64,000 nucleotides of DNA from Octopus bimaculoides. Taxonomy: Eukaryota. The position numbers were made by a program, and so were the translations under genes. The stretch lies in NCBI RefSeq assembly GCF_001194135.2, contig NC_068984.1:64037624-64101623 (forward strand), in the 5' to 3' direction. The notes beneath the pieces are model-generated. The model saw nothing but the letters and a program-made list of their open reading frames with translations. It ran no database searches and was not told where the DNA came from. Positions within the stretch are counted from its first letter, which is position 1. The number at the start of each line of letters is the position of its first letter. Shown in pieces: positions 11,824 through 25,751 of this stretch.

Positions 11824-13788
11824 CTGTAGATTAAAATTTATCTGACAGTCAAAATTATTAATATTATATTTCTTCTATATCCCAGGAAACTATTTCTAGA
11901 AGTATCCGTCAGTCCTGTTATTCTATCGGAGCATTGGTTCTGCTTCAAGCAATGCTTGAAGGTTTGTGTTACATCAGTCCACCTCGAGTTATATGTATAA
12001 TGAACAAATTTATTTTTAATTCTGCAACGGTGACGTTTATATTATATGAAATATATAATATAACAAAGAAATTCACGAATAAAAATAAGTTGAAAATATT
12101 AAGTTAAATGAAAGAAAAATTCTGATATATTTTCAGAGGTAGTAGCAGTTATTAGTAAAATATTCTATAGGTTGAAAACAAGCGTACTGTTGTGGTGGGG
12201 GTGGGGGTAGTTGGAGTGGAGGATGGTGGTGGTGATGGTGGTGGTTGTGGTAGTGGTGGTGGTGGTGTTGTTGATGGTTATTGAATGCTGTATATCATGA
12301 CTTATATAACACAATGAAACGTACTTTCAAGAAATACCGTACTATACTATTACTTGGTTCTCAATATATATTTCAGCAGAATTAAATTGTTTATGACATA
12401 AAGTGAACAAGATCAATAATAGCAGCTGCATAGAAAGTGATCTTCCACGACCTTTCTTTTTTTTTTAACCAAAATATTGAAAAGAATGACTCCATATGGA
12501 AGATTCGAACATGTCTGTAAAGGCTACAATAAAAAAAGTTTTAAAAATTAAGTTACCTTACGTATAATACTGTCATCGTAGAAATACTATCCCTTCATCT
12601 TTGGTTAATAAAGTTGGATTATTATTGATGATTCCATAGCAACTTATTGAATATAGAGAACTTTGAGATCATTTTTTCCTTCGAATTTTATAATACTTGA
12701 AGAGTTATTTCCATATGACGGGGGAAATATATTCATGTTATTCCATGATATATGCAAAGAAAAGTATTTCTGTTAAAGAAACTTATTTCTTTCTCAAACT
12801 TCTCAAGTTCTCAAATTTTTAAACTATAGAGGAATAGTGATAACTTCCTTTCCGCATCATTTACTACAGTTCAAATGTTAGTTAATGGTGGGTGACAAAA
12901 TCGACACGAGAACGAGAGGCTAATGATCATTCTTGTATGTATATCGTATCTGATTATTTTCGCCCATAGCAAAAGCATTAAACTCTCAACCATTTCAGCG
13001 CCCGGTCAATAGGAACAATCTAAAGATACAATGCACTGCTGAAAAGAAAAGTAACATCCTTTTGTGATAATAGAACAGATTGTTAGCTTGCACAAGTGAT
13101 TTTAATTGATACTGCTTGTGACCGTAGCAGATTATTTATTAAAGTTGAATATTTTCCACTATTGTACGCAACGATTATATTCACTATTGCTTAATATGGA
13201 CACATTTTTTTAGATATATTTGATTTTATATCATGTATATAAAATCATTCTTTAGAATTGGAATTACAGTTCATTAGTGGTTATATTGAATACAGCTGAT
13301 ATCTATATTTTTTATGATTCCAAAATACATTGTTAGATACATGAATGGATATTTTTTAAAGATAATAGAAGTTAATCCATCATTAACAACAGCGTAGGTA
13401 GATGAACAAAAGTGCATTGAATTTGTTGCTTTCGTCCATATCGTCACTCAACATTTGCTACAAAACAAAATTTAGAGCACTGTGAAAGTAAAACAGCAAT
13501 CAAAGACGGCTTTGTAATATGGTCCACTAAATCTGCCACTTTCAATAAAAGGACACGAATGAGATATTTCGTATTATAAATTGAAAGTAACATAATTTCC
13601 AAAAAGATGTTATTGCTAATGGATATATATGAAGATGTGAAGTGTCAACTTAGAATAATATTTTGATTTACATTTATATGTAATACGGTTTGCTTTTCTG
13701 AGACATTTACTGTAACCTTATTGTATAGGCTTGAAAACAGTGGGAAAGATACATAGTAGACAGACAGACAAACCGATACAGACAGATT

Positions 13789-13792
<4 letters not shown>

Positions 13793-13845
<53 letters not shown>

Positions 13846-13935
13846 GGAGAGAGATAGAGGTATACAGGTAGATAGATATATATATAGAGAGAGATTGATA
13901 GATAGATGGATAGAGAGATAGTTGGGAGAGAGAGA
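13793..13935. repeat. (GA)n / (GATA)n microsatellite
   Basis: Direct reading. Confidence 0.95.
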
Positions 13936-14828
13936 CACATCTTAAAATTGATTGAAATCTCTGAAGAGAAGCTAATATTTCAATTATTGTAATTCACATC
14001 ATTTTAATTGCTTATATATGTTTTCACCGACTCGAACAAAAATAGTCTCTATTGATTCAAATATCCGTAGCTATTCAGTCGTAAAAATTGTTAATGGTAT
14101 TTATCTTCATAAAGAAACAATAAGATTCAATTAAGAGCCATTTCCTATTTGTCAGGTACTTGCATGACCAGTTTTATCAAAAACAAAAGCGTTAATTAGA
14201 TATCAGAATCGGATAAATGTAAAGATTTATTAGATAATATCATGACTGCGGTAGTCTGTTCAAATGTGCAACATATTTACGTAGATACAGCCTTATCTTG
14301 CAGTACATCAGGCTGTAAAATGAATCAACATTACATTTTGAATGTTCTAGGTGTGTCGTTGCCATTTTATCTATTACTTCTAATTTCTTACACAAACTAA
14401 CAGAAACTGTTTATTTATGACATATAAACTGCATTATAGATGTCAAATATCTCTACAAAATGTTACTTATCATTCTGTAATAAGTATAGTAGAATATTGA
14501 ACAACATTGATAAAAGTAGTAGTACAAGTATAGTGATTTAATGTCTATCTATCGCTTTTAGATGAATTCACATTGGCTGAAATAAATTCGAGATTAAGTA
14601 GGTGATCGAAGGGACTAGATGTTTCAAGTTACCACATTTGCTTCTTGTATTTTGAACAGACTTCTTATTTCTCATCATTAACAGTATTTTATCACAATGA
14701 AATATCAAGGATGGAAACTTGCTGGTTTGGCAGAAAATGTAGTTTAATTTTTGATATTTTCTTTAACCCAAGCGAGTATCAAAACTATAATTGCTTGACA
14801 TTCGATAATTTTATTTATATCCCCCTAG

Positions 14829-14878
14829 CTTGTTAGCAGCAATGACATCGGATATAGGACAGTGCAACTCTCATATTG
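14829..14878 (+). other. Candidate 50-nt exon
   Basis: ttatatccccctag acceptor and TTG/GTAAGT donor; two open frames (LLAAMTSDIGQCNSHI or LVSSNDIGYRTVQLSY); no homolog recognised. Confidence 0.25.
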
Positions 14879-15183
14879 GTAAGTATACTTCGAGTATTAG
14901 TGACGTAAAATAAATGAATTTTGCACAAATTTATGTATTATGTGCTTGCACAAATTTCTGCATTTGGTGGTAGTAATGTAGTTTTTGTGCATTCATTGAT
15001 GTTGTTAGTTCTAATTCTATGTAAAATCATATAGGCACATTCCGTAATTTTAACAATTAAAACTGTTTGTTCGGACATTTCCCGTCAAGTATTGCTATTA
15101 TTTATGCTATAGATTCCAGTTTCACAGCAACGGATTCGTTTGTGGCCAATTGCTACTTTCCTACTGTATTCAGCCCAACTCAC

Positions 15184-15265
15184 CACTGTAGCGGTCGGAA
15201 CAACAATATTATTTCTTAACATCCATGCATTACTGATTTTTCTAGCACTTATATTTGTAAATTCT
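15184..15265 (-). other. Candidate 82-nt exon
   Basis: ttttttaag acceptor and GTG/GTGAGT donor; open frame EFTNISARKISNAWMLRNNIVVPTATV; no homolog recognised. Confidence 0.2.
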
Positions 15266-15889
15266 CTTAAAAAATTGAACTTTTTTACGTGATTCGAAGA
15301 CCAAATTTTCCTATTCGTTCCTTCCTAGTTTATTTAAACTTGTAGATCATAAATAGAACAAGAATAGTTAGATTGAATAATTGTTGATCGAGGTTTTTAT
15401 TAAAACAATAAATAATAATCGATGTCATATGAGACGATGGGTACAATATGTACAAACATTTTAAAATCCTTTTATTTATCGAAAACGTACTCCAAATTAC
15501 GACGCAGTATCGAGTGAGCTATATATATTCTGGACATATCATAAATAGTTTCTATTTTCATATCGTGATTTATTTTCAGTTGGTTGTCATATATATGTTT
15601 TGCAACACTGTTTTATGACTTAAAATATTGTATGTACACTTAAGGTAAAGTACATTTTGTATAGTAATTTCAATATGAGAGTGACGAATAATGATGATTT
15701 TCCAAATAAGCATATACTCACTTACACGTAACATCAATCATAGAATAGGCTTCGTTGCATGTCTTGAACGTATTTATCAGCCCTGAAAGGACGAAGGTAA
15801 ATGTCAACACTTTTCATACGCTAGCAAACATTTACGTAAATCGTAGAACACACGTTTTTAATATGATTTGCTCAAAAGAATTACGTATT

Positions 15890-16606
15890 ATTTTACTTGT
15901 TTCAGTCATTTGACTGTATCCATGCTGGAGAAGCGCTTTTTAGTCGAGGAAATCGATCACTTGACGTATTCTTTATAAACTTCGTGCTTATACTATTGTC
16001 AGACCGCTAAGTAACGAGGACGTAAAGGAATCAACATCGAACGAGGGAGAGGGACAAGCAGGCACAAACACACACATAAATAAATGAATATATAAATATA
16101 TATATATATATATANNNNNNNNNNNNNNNNNNNNNNNNNNNNNNNNNNNNNNNNNNNNNNNNNNNNNNNNNNNNNNNNNNNNNNNNNNNNNNNNNNNNNN
16201 NNNNNNNNNNNNNNNNNNNNNNNNNNNNNNNNNNNNNNNNNNNNNNNNNNNNNNNNNNNNNNNNNNNNNNNNNNNNNNNNNNNNNNNNNNNNNNNNNNNN
16301 NNNNNNNNNNNNNNNNNNNNNNNNNNNNNNNNNNNNNNNNNNNNNNNNNNNNNNNNNNNNNNNNNNNNNNNNNNNNNNNNNNNNNNNNNNNNNNNNNNNN
16401 NNNNNNNNNNNNNNNNNNNNNNNNNNNNNNNNNNNNNNNNNNNNNNNNNNNNNNNNNNNNNNNNNNNNNNNNNNNNNNATATATATATATATACGACGGG
16501 ATTATTTCCGTTTCTCGCTACCAAATCCAGTCATAAGGCTTCGGTTAGTAGAACTGAACGCGGAACCTTGTGGTTGGGAAGCAAGCTTCTTGCTACACAA
16601 CCACGT
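15890..16606 (-). mobile_element. Degenerate OR-like SINE spanning an N gap
   Basis: ttttacttgtttcagtcatttgactgtatccatgctggag ... gaactgaacgcggaaccttgtggttgggaagcaagc. Confidence 0.8.
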
Positions 16607-16831
16607 GCTATATGTATTTATAGTATCATATTCATTGATCACTTCCCACTTGTTAATATGATTGTGCTGCTCTAAACCAGCCACAGTTGTGTAGAATAAA
16701 GTCAGAAGTATTCCAAGTGTAAGTAGCACTCCTTTCTAAGAAGAGCGCATCTAGTACAAAATACTTATATATTTTTCATGTGTTACGTGATTAGAATTTG
16801 GGTGCTAGTTCTAGAAAAAATAGAGCAAAGA

Positions 16832-16952
16832 TAGGGCAACTGCGTAGTGTTTGCATATTCAGGGCAACTGCGTAGTGTTTGCATATTTAGGGCAACTGCG
16901 TAGTGTTTGCATATTTAGGGCAACTGCTTAGTGTTTGCATATTTAGGTCAAC
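16832..16952 (+). repeat. 28-bp minisatellite, about 4.3 copies
   Basis: Unit tagggcaactgcgtagtgtttgcatatt, head-to-tail, no spacers. Confidence 0.95.
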
Positions 16953-19099
16953 ATCGAGACAAGAGGAAAGTATGGCAACGATGACCATAAAACAATGAAC
17001 TGTAAAATATTTAACTCCAATAACTACTTAATCCAATAACCAAGGATGATATAAAGAACCACTGTTCTTTATACATTCTTCAAATACTCATATTGCACAT
17101 TGTGCTGTTAAGTTGCTATAATTAATTGAATGGGCGTCTTTACAAGAAGCAGTCAATCGCGGTGGTATTTGAAAATATAATATAGTTGGTTGAAGCAAAA
17201 GATTGTGTCAGTTAGGTTTATGTTCAAGTATATAAAAGTATGCTAATATTGGTATATAAGGTAGCTATGAATTTTCCTTTGATGCAAGACTGTACATATA
17301 CCGACGGACGTTAAGTAATGAGCTTAATGTTCTTTAATTTTTGTTTTGTACGGAATAATCTCGTATTATATTAACCATGATGGTGTTTGAACTATGTGTG
17401 TAAAGGTAATTGAATAAGTATTTTTTGACAGTTAGGTCTAAACTTTATTTTTCTGTTAGTACACTGCACTAATAAAAGGTAGTATATTGACATCTCGTAA
17501 CTATGCAAAGTCAGCAAGCTGTGAACGAATGGTGAAATCGATTGAATCTACCAGACAATGGATACTTGTTAATATCTGTCCCCATTTGACGGACGTCAAT
17601 AAATTTTCATCACCTTGCTCACTGCATCAGCAACTATGTTCCCTTTTGGCAGTCTCGCATTTTTCTTATATGTAAATATTAACAATTTGATTTAATGGAT
17701 ACGAAATTTCAAGATGAGGAAATGTGTATAGATATGCAGTGCTGGAGAGTATTTCTGTATTATTTAGATATTAGGCGCAATGTGAGTTAAAATGTATGAT
17801 GATATCTTAACTTATTCTTTCAATTTTCTTCAATTTTTTTTTAAGAGTGGTTAGTACATAATACTATGAATGAGATGCAAATTTAAAGAGCTAAGTAATG
17901 CTGGCATGTATCAGTACATTCATATTGGTATTACGAATATCACACCTCTGCGAAATATCACCTTGACTAGAAATCGTGTGTGAAAAGGAAAAGTAGTAAA
18001 GTGGAAGTTTTGTCTTCGAAATAGCGCTCTAAAATCATCTATCTGCAATTACTTTATATAACAGTGATGTGTTAATTTAATTATATTGTAGCATGAAACG
18101 TCGATATAAACAACACACACACACACATACACGCATGCTAAGCAACACGCATACAAAACACGCGCACTCAACCATTGCAATACACAGACACAGAGAAATT
18201 ATTTGTGTGTGTGCATGTTTGTATATATACATGCACAGACACACACACACATACATATATATAGATACACAATATACAATCCGAGTAGAAGCCTAAACTA
18301 TACATATATATATATATATATGTATACATACATATATGTATGTATATCTATATATGTATATCAATATGTATATATGTATAAATATATATCTGTGTGTGTT
18401 TGTGTGTGTAAGTGTGAGTGTGTATACGTACATACATACCTACATACAGTTTATATCTACATAAATATGCATATATGCGTATAAATATATGCAAGTGTAT
18501 AGACATATGCATAATACAGAGGGTCACATACATAATGCATGTACGTAGCATCCATGTATATATATATATATATATATATTTATTTATTTATTTATTTGTG
18601 TGGTGGAATGAGTGTGTGAGCATGGGTGTATGTGTGAGCGTGCGTCTGTGTGTGTGTCCGTGTGTGTGTGTGTGTATGTGTGTGTGTGTGTGTGCGTGTG
18701 TGTGTGTGTCTGTGTGTGTATTTATGTAATGTAAATGTGAAGCATTCTGCAAATTATTTCAGATCAATTAATGGATATCGAATTTACGTGTTGATCAACT
18801 AGCGTTTGTTGACCTACTTGCAATTATATAAGCAAATGTGCCTGGAGATATATTCAATCTAGCTTCTGTAGGAAAATAGTTCAATGCCCTTGTAATTCCG
18901 AGATAATATTATTTGCATTTATCCCCCGAAATCATTTTCAATCATCCAAATACTAGAGTCATCAAAAATAATGCTCTTCTTTATGATTAATTAGTTAAAC
19001 TTTGCATGAATTTTATTGAAAAATTGAATATATACATATTTCTTTTTTTTTTTGCTTATATGTATCTGCGTCTGAACGTATCCCTTTAATTTCTTCAAT

Positions 19100-19270
19100 T
19101 ATGGTAAAGTTCTACACGGTTAAGCTGGCTGAATCCTTTTCGTGTGGGACAAAAATGAATTTTAGCATTAATTTTGGTTGTTTACGTCCCGAGTTTAAAA
19201 TTCCATCGGTGTCAAATTAATATGTTATCCTTTGGAGGACCATAAAATAGTATTAGTTGACCAAATAGTT
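19100..19270 (+). mobile_element. Degenerate OK-like SINE
   Basis: gagctggc-like head, gtcccgagtttaaaattcc B-box-like segment, tcctttggaggaccataaaatag body. Confidence 0.5.
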
Positions 19271-21330
19271 GAGTTAATCGGCTATCCACTCTGTTAAAAT
19301 TGCTGTTCTCTGGCCAAAAACTGAAACCGTTATTATAACATCTATTAGATCATTCCTAAAAATATGAACACATCTACTTGTATCATAATTATTTTCTTTA
19401 TGTTTCTCGGATGAGAAAGTGTACAATGGATGATCGCCTTAAAATAACAAATACTTATTAGAAAAGATATATAAATGAGTCAGATGTCTAAAATATGTTC
19501 AATAAAAAAAAAATCTTTGTTTAAGATGTGTTCACTGTTGACCAAATGTTAATTTGTTAATCTTAGTTATTAAGAGTTATAATTAATGTGGACAAAAACA
19601 AAACTGAATATGAATATTATAATTTTTCAATATTTTTCTTTTATTGTGTGCTTTCAGGACACCAAATGAAGTCAGTGCGAGTTTTAAATGAGTACATTAC
19701 GTAATAAATGTACAGAGTTCAGTAAAGCTCTTTTACGTAGTTATGCATATTTGTAATTCGTTGTGGTTTCGTTATTTGTTTCTCTGTATATTTTTAATCA
19801 TAACATAAAAAATGCCTATTATTATACGAAGTGTTTGCTTCTAGTCCTCACATTCTGGTCATCTTTATTTTCATATTTATGTACACAGACACGCACACAC
19901 ATAATATATATATATATATATANNNNNNNNNNNNNNNNNNNNNNNNNNNNNNNNATATATATTAAAGGTGAACATGCCGTGCGGCCAGATAATGAAATTG
20001 AAAGGGAAAATATTAAGGTGCATTAATGTTTCTTCAACCTTTTGTATTTTATTTAATTTTGATATAAGACCACTTTCCTATTGGTTACAATTATAGAGAT
20101 ATATTTAGTAACATTAGTACTAAAGTCAGTTATTAACTTGAAACACATTTGCATCTGCAACCAGCGAACACTTCATCCAAGTGCGTAATCAACCCCCACC
20201 CTAATAGGCAATATATTTTGCGAGAACCATCATTTGGTTTCAAAGATCAACGCCGCTAATCCCTGCACCCGTTCAAATTAAGATTCACGCAGCACCAATA
20301 TATTTCAAACCGTCAACCAGATGAATAGACAGATTTTACTGACTAAAATTGGACAAGCTAAATTCTGGAAGTTTAATAATAAATAGTATAACGTTGACTC
20401 TACTAAACAGACATTTTAAGGTAGATATACTTGCAAAATTGTATTTCTGAAATATATCAATATTATCTTTTATTGCCATACCATAAATTAATTGAAATTC
20501 AGGGATGTTCTTTCTGCAATCATAAACTACAAATATTGCAGCTGAACCATCAGTTACCTAGCGATTACATAATATTTCAATCCGAGTAGAAGCCTAAAAT
20601 TATGCAGCTCTGTTTACTTTGCATTGAATAATAATTTCGCATATCTCATTCAGCCAGAGTCAAATAAACGCCGACGATATGTTCAGCGTTTACATAACAT
20701 TTTTCAGTTTGAAGACATACATATACATCCATATTAATACCAAGAGAGGGGAAGGGGAGAAAGAGATATCGTTCTTCCAAATAACTTTTAATAGTGTTAC
20801 TCTCTTAGCAAATTCGCATTTTTAATTTTAATCTTCATTACGTTCATGCTATATGCGTATCATTCAATTCTGTAACTACCGAATAATTAAATATTAAATG
20901 TTTTGCGACCATATATAAACCATAAAATAGTCATTAATNNNNNNNNNNATATATTTGAAAAGATTTGTAAAAGTACCACACGAGTAAGTAGATGTTGAAT
21001 GTGAATAAAAATGAAAATGCCACTTTTTAAAAACATTTTTTGGGTGTTTAATTAATTTACATATTTCGGTTTTTTTTTTTTAAACCTTATCAAAAATGAA
21101 TATAATATATGTGAGAAGAGAAAAGGGCTATTTATAAGATAAAATTGAAACTAAAATTAAGAATGACACTCATAGTTTACTGTTATTTCTTGCATGCGCA
21201 CGTGGTCCTTTCATTGAGTTCTGAAAACATGGTAATTCCTACTTGTTGTGCGAGAAGATTACTACTATCTGTTTTAGTAAATTAAATAGTATCAAGAATT
21301 CTAGGAGTGGTTGTAGATGTCGAATAACTA

Positions 21331-21352
21331 GCATCAATAATGATAATAATAA

Positions 21353-21409
<57 letters not shown>

Positions 21410-21928
21410 GCGTCGTCGTGGTGAAGTTGTTCCCCCTATGGTTTTAATAGAAATCGGGTTCTTCGATCCCCTTTGTTTATTTTTTATGAATAACTTGCAA
21501 ATCCACGTATAAATATATTAAAATATATATGAAAGTCTCAGTGTTGCTAGTTTAGAGAATTTAGACATGGTGGGTATTTTCTTATAAAAAATATTTCCTT
21601 GCTAATGCATTCATTTTGGCTAGCATTTTCTTTGAATTTGTATAGTGGAAACGTTGTGAACTTGGGAAATTTGTTGTAAGCACATTCGTCGATGTAGTGG
21701 CTGAGAGCATTAGCAAGGAAATATTTCTTATAAGAAAATACCGACTAAGTCTAAATTCTCTAAACTAGCAACACTTTGACTTTCATATATATTTTAATAT
21801 ATTTATACGTGGATTTGCAAGTTATTCATAAGAAATAAACAAAGGGGATCGAAGAACCCGATTTCTATTAAAACCATAGGGGGAACAACTTCACCACGAC
21901 GACTCCCACCACTACTACTACTACTACA

Positions 21929-21983
<55 letters not shown>

Positions 21984-22003
21984 TTGTTATTATCATTACT
22001 GCT
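21331..22003. repeat. Long inverted repeat (fold-back): arms 21331-21608 and 21707-22003, 98-nt loop
   Basis: About 200 bp of non-microsatellite arm core aligns to its reverse complement with about 8 mismatches; (TAG)n/(CTA)n tracts extend the stem. Confidence 0.97.
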
Positions 22004-23271
22004 GTTATTATATTACTGCCATATAGTCTTAAGGATTTCTAATGTTTTACAATATTACTGTATACGACTTTTCAGTTCGTGTTTACGTGTAAGCGCAAAG
22101 GAACAATCCATTTAATGTTATGATTTCACAAGGGAAATTATTGATTGAAACTGTAATTTTATCTGAATCAAGTAACGACATGGGCATGAGTAATCCAAAT
22201 AAATGGCCTTAAACACTGGAAACAACGGTCGTTGTAGGAGTACGTTAGCATGCTGAACAGCTGTCATATAATTGGCCTTAAGAAGTTGTGAACTTTCTGA
22301 AACCGGATTGAATTAGCTTCGAATGCTGGAATACCATATGTGAATTGTCAGGGGATTATTGATATGAAAGAAATTACACATGGGCTGTGGTAAAAAAACC
22401 CGCTCAAGTACTGGTGTAAGCTTGTTCATTGTTTCGATGTGACAATATTTTGGTACGTTCTACTGCAATGGATTCGTGTTAACTAATGATCTTTCACACT
22501 TTGTATACTTTGACGTAGAAAGGCCTCATATTATGAATTTTCAAATACAAACGACCATCGAAGCAATTTATTGAAGTGATACGATCTCAAAATAAAGGAC
22601 TTTGTACTGATATTAACGTGCCTTTAATGCATATAATTTTCATATTCACTTAAAAAGTTACGTTCATCCTTGTTTACACGCATATCTGCATGCATACATA
22701 TAAAAATAAATGCATAAATATATGTACGTGTATATGTGTGTGTCTGTTTGAATGCATACGCGTATGCTTTTATATATATGTTTGTGTGTATCTGTATGTT
22801 TGTCTGTGTGTTTCTGTATCTGTGTGTGTATGCGTGTGTCTGTGTGTTTATGTATATATGTATGTATGTATTTTTCGGTGTATAAATATATATATCTATA
22901 TTAAATAACATAGAAAACGGAGACTTGGCACATTTAAATAAACTTTTCTTGAAGTGGAAATAAACTGACTTCTAGTGAAGATTGAAACTGAATTTAACTG
23001 CAAAGGAGAGATAATTGTAGGATCGTTAATATAATATCAGTCATATTTTTTCTAAAGAAAATGGGACTTCCTGGGGCGTATCCCCGCCTTATAACCGTCG
23101 TTAAGTTATGCTACCTTTGCTCCAGCAGATATAATTCATAGACATATTATTTACATGCATAAGGAATTGCATGAAAGAACGATCCCGACACGAACTGAGA
23201 GGAAATACAATCAACGAGTGGTAACTGATGAACTTCGTTACGGGAAAAAATTATACTAACTTGTCACAACA

Positions 23272-23735
23272 TTCTCAGTGGATACAGGAATGGAGTTCAG
23301 GCAAAATAAATGCTCATACATGATTATCAACCACAATAAGTTTGTCAAACAGTCAGAGAGCCTTAACATCAGTGGCGTGTGTCTACCTGCCCTGTTCCTA
23401 ATGATAAACACTAAAAGTATTATGGAATTGATAAAAATGTTGCATATGTTAGTGCTATGAGTAAAATCAGAGAAACGAAAGGATGATGTATTAGACAGAG
23501 CTGTCTTCTATTAAAGCTATTGTAGCACCAGGGCTTGTACCAACATTTGGTATATTAGAATGAAGATCTCATGAGATCCGCTGTCTAGACATCAAAATTA
23601 CAAACATATTGACCACCACTGGCAACATCAAAATTAACGAAGACACTGATAGAATATAAGGTCACTCCAAACGGCCTTTGAGTGTTGTATTCTATCATTC
23701 AGACAACAACTACTGGAGACTAACGAACGTAAATT

Positions 23736-23766
<31 letters not shown>

Positions 23767-24810
23767 AAAAGAAAGTACATTACCTAAGTACTCAAAAGTT
23801 AGAGCAACAACGTCTTCAGAGTAGGGGAAGAACTCCTGAGCATATTTATCTTAGTGTACAACAGTTCCACGTGACCTATACGAAACTGGATTGACCAATC
23901 TAAACAGAAACTTAAAGGGAAATCAATTACAAATCAAGGTACAAATCTTGCATGTAGGAGAATAACTGCAACATTGTCAGAAAGAGTACATTTTCTGGAT
24001 CTTCGATATATATATCACATCCGAACTAGAAGGACAGGCCTTCGTTATCCACGTACAGGAGACAGTTTCTAAATACCAGATAAACAAGAGAGACAACAAG
24101 GCCACCAAACCTCTGGGGTGTAATAGAAAATGGAAGTTATAGTATACCAGTATGGAAGATATCATCTACAATATCAGTAGCTGCTCCAAAATGTCTACAA
24201 GATATTACAAACCCTTCAGACATGATATAGTTACAAACATACATTTACAGTGCTATCCGAAGGAAGGATTGCCCTGATGGATACATCAAAAGCATGTCAG
24301 AGCAAGATTATAATTACATCTTTAAAAACAAGTAATATTGGCGAAATAATCCAGTAAAAACACCATGTGCAACAACTATAATTATTGTAGAGGAATTGAA
24401 ATGATTCGTTGATGTCAATCACAGCATTCAAAGTTGCTAAATCCGATGAATATATATTTTCTTGTTAACTACTTTTAAAAAATATATATTTTCTATATTG
24501 TTGTGTTAGAAGATGGTCATATTTTCCCAATTAAACAAACATACAGTATATATTTGGTCAGCTTTATTATTATTGTATTAGTATCTTAGTCAAAGATCTT
24601 CCATCACACGTTCTGGCGAAATAATCCAATAAAAACAGTAATCATGAGTAAAACAAAATAGACCTAAGATTGTTCTTTGAATCAGGTATCATTGTCGAGG
24701 TCAGCTGTCTAGCGGATGTGAACGCACCATCAAAAGTTCAGGAAAAGGAGTACATTAAACTACGGATTTCCACAAAGACTTGGAAATGCTGGGATTTGCT
24801 AAGAAAAGGC
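23272..24810 (+). mobile_element. Decayed R4/Dong-clade non-LTR retrotransposon (RT C-terminus, Zn-knuckle, restriction-like endonuclease)
   Basis: FSVDTGMEFRQNKCS (cf. FSxDIGMEFGLDKC), KYYGID, DIIYNISSCSKMSTRYYKPFRHDIVT (cf. HIISGCPKLAxxEYKxRHD), NRPKIVL...IIVEVSCLADVNAPSKVQEKE (PD..D RLE region); collinear, many stops. Confidence 0.75.
24339..24637. mobile_element. ~250-bp insert flanked by a 24-bp direct repeat inside the R4-like LINE
   Basis: tggcgaaataatcca(g/a)taaaaaca at 24339-24362 and 24614-24637. Confidence 0.65.
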
Positions 24811-25444
24811 AATAGAAACTGACTCGCATTTCCAATTTTAATCTAAAGAAGGAAGAGTGAAAATTTGCAAAATATTTCAAGCATTCTTCATCTGATAATC
24901 CTTATATACATATTTGCACAATTTTGTTTTGTGCTTCTGCGGAGACACATAGGTAAAAGTAGTAATAATGCACATGCACACATACAGTAACGCACAAACA
25001 CAGATATGCACAAAGACCTGAGCACTACAGAGACATCTTCACACAGAACATAAGTGAAGGAACGTACACCTACATAATGCACACACTAGCTCGAACATAT
25101 ATTTACAAGCCGAAACTGTTTTAATTCAAAAAGACTTTGCACATCGTTAGCGTCTGTGTTGAACTACATTAAGAAGTTAAAGAAATCTCAAAGAATAACA
25201 TATACATAATTGTTACTTTGCTTAAGACAGGAATACCTCCAAGCGTTTGTAGTGATCTTGACGCCCAGAACCTGGAGTAATTATATATTCAATGTAATTT
25301 AATTTCAGCAGCTACATATATTTAACTATGTTTTACTGCTTAAAATATTATATCAAACATATCTGTGTGTGTGTGTGAATATATATATGTATATGTGTGT
25401 GAGTGTGTGTGTGTGTGTGTGTATGTGTGTGTGCATATGTGTCC

Positions 25445-25498
<54 letters not shown>

Positions 25499-25751
25499 AT
25501 TATATATATATATATATTTGTATTATATATATGTGTGTGTATGTACGCTTACATACTTTCAAACATATGCACACATACACACATACACACACACATACAT
25601 ATATATATTTAAGTTCATTTAGAATGAACGCTTTTTTAAGTACATACGAAGAAGTTATTTTATCATGTAAGCTACAGCCTATTGATACCAACTAGCAGCA
25701 GCAGTTTACTGGGGTTGTACGTAGATGTGCCAATTTTCATTTATTCTTTTA

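Noticed and set aside
16832-16952. 28-bp repeats as a CRISPR array
   Set aside because: Units are contiguous with no spacers, there are no cas genes, and the context is eukaryotic.
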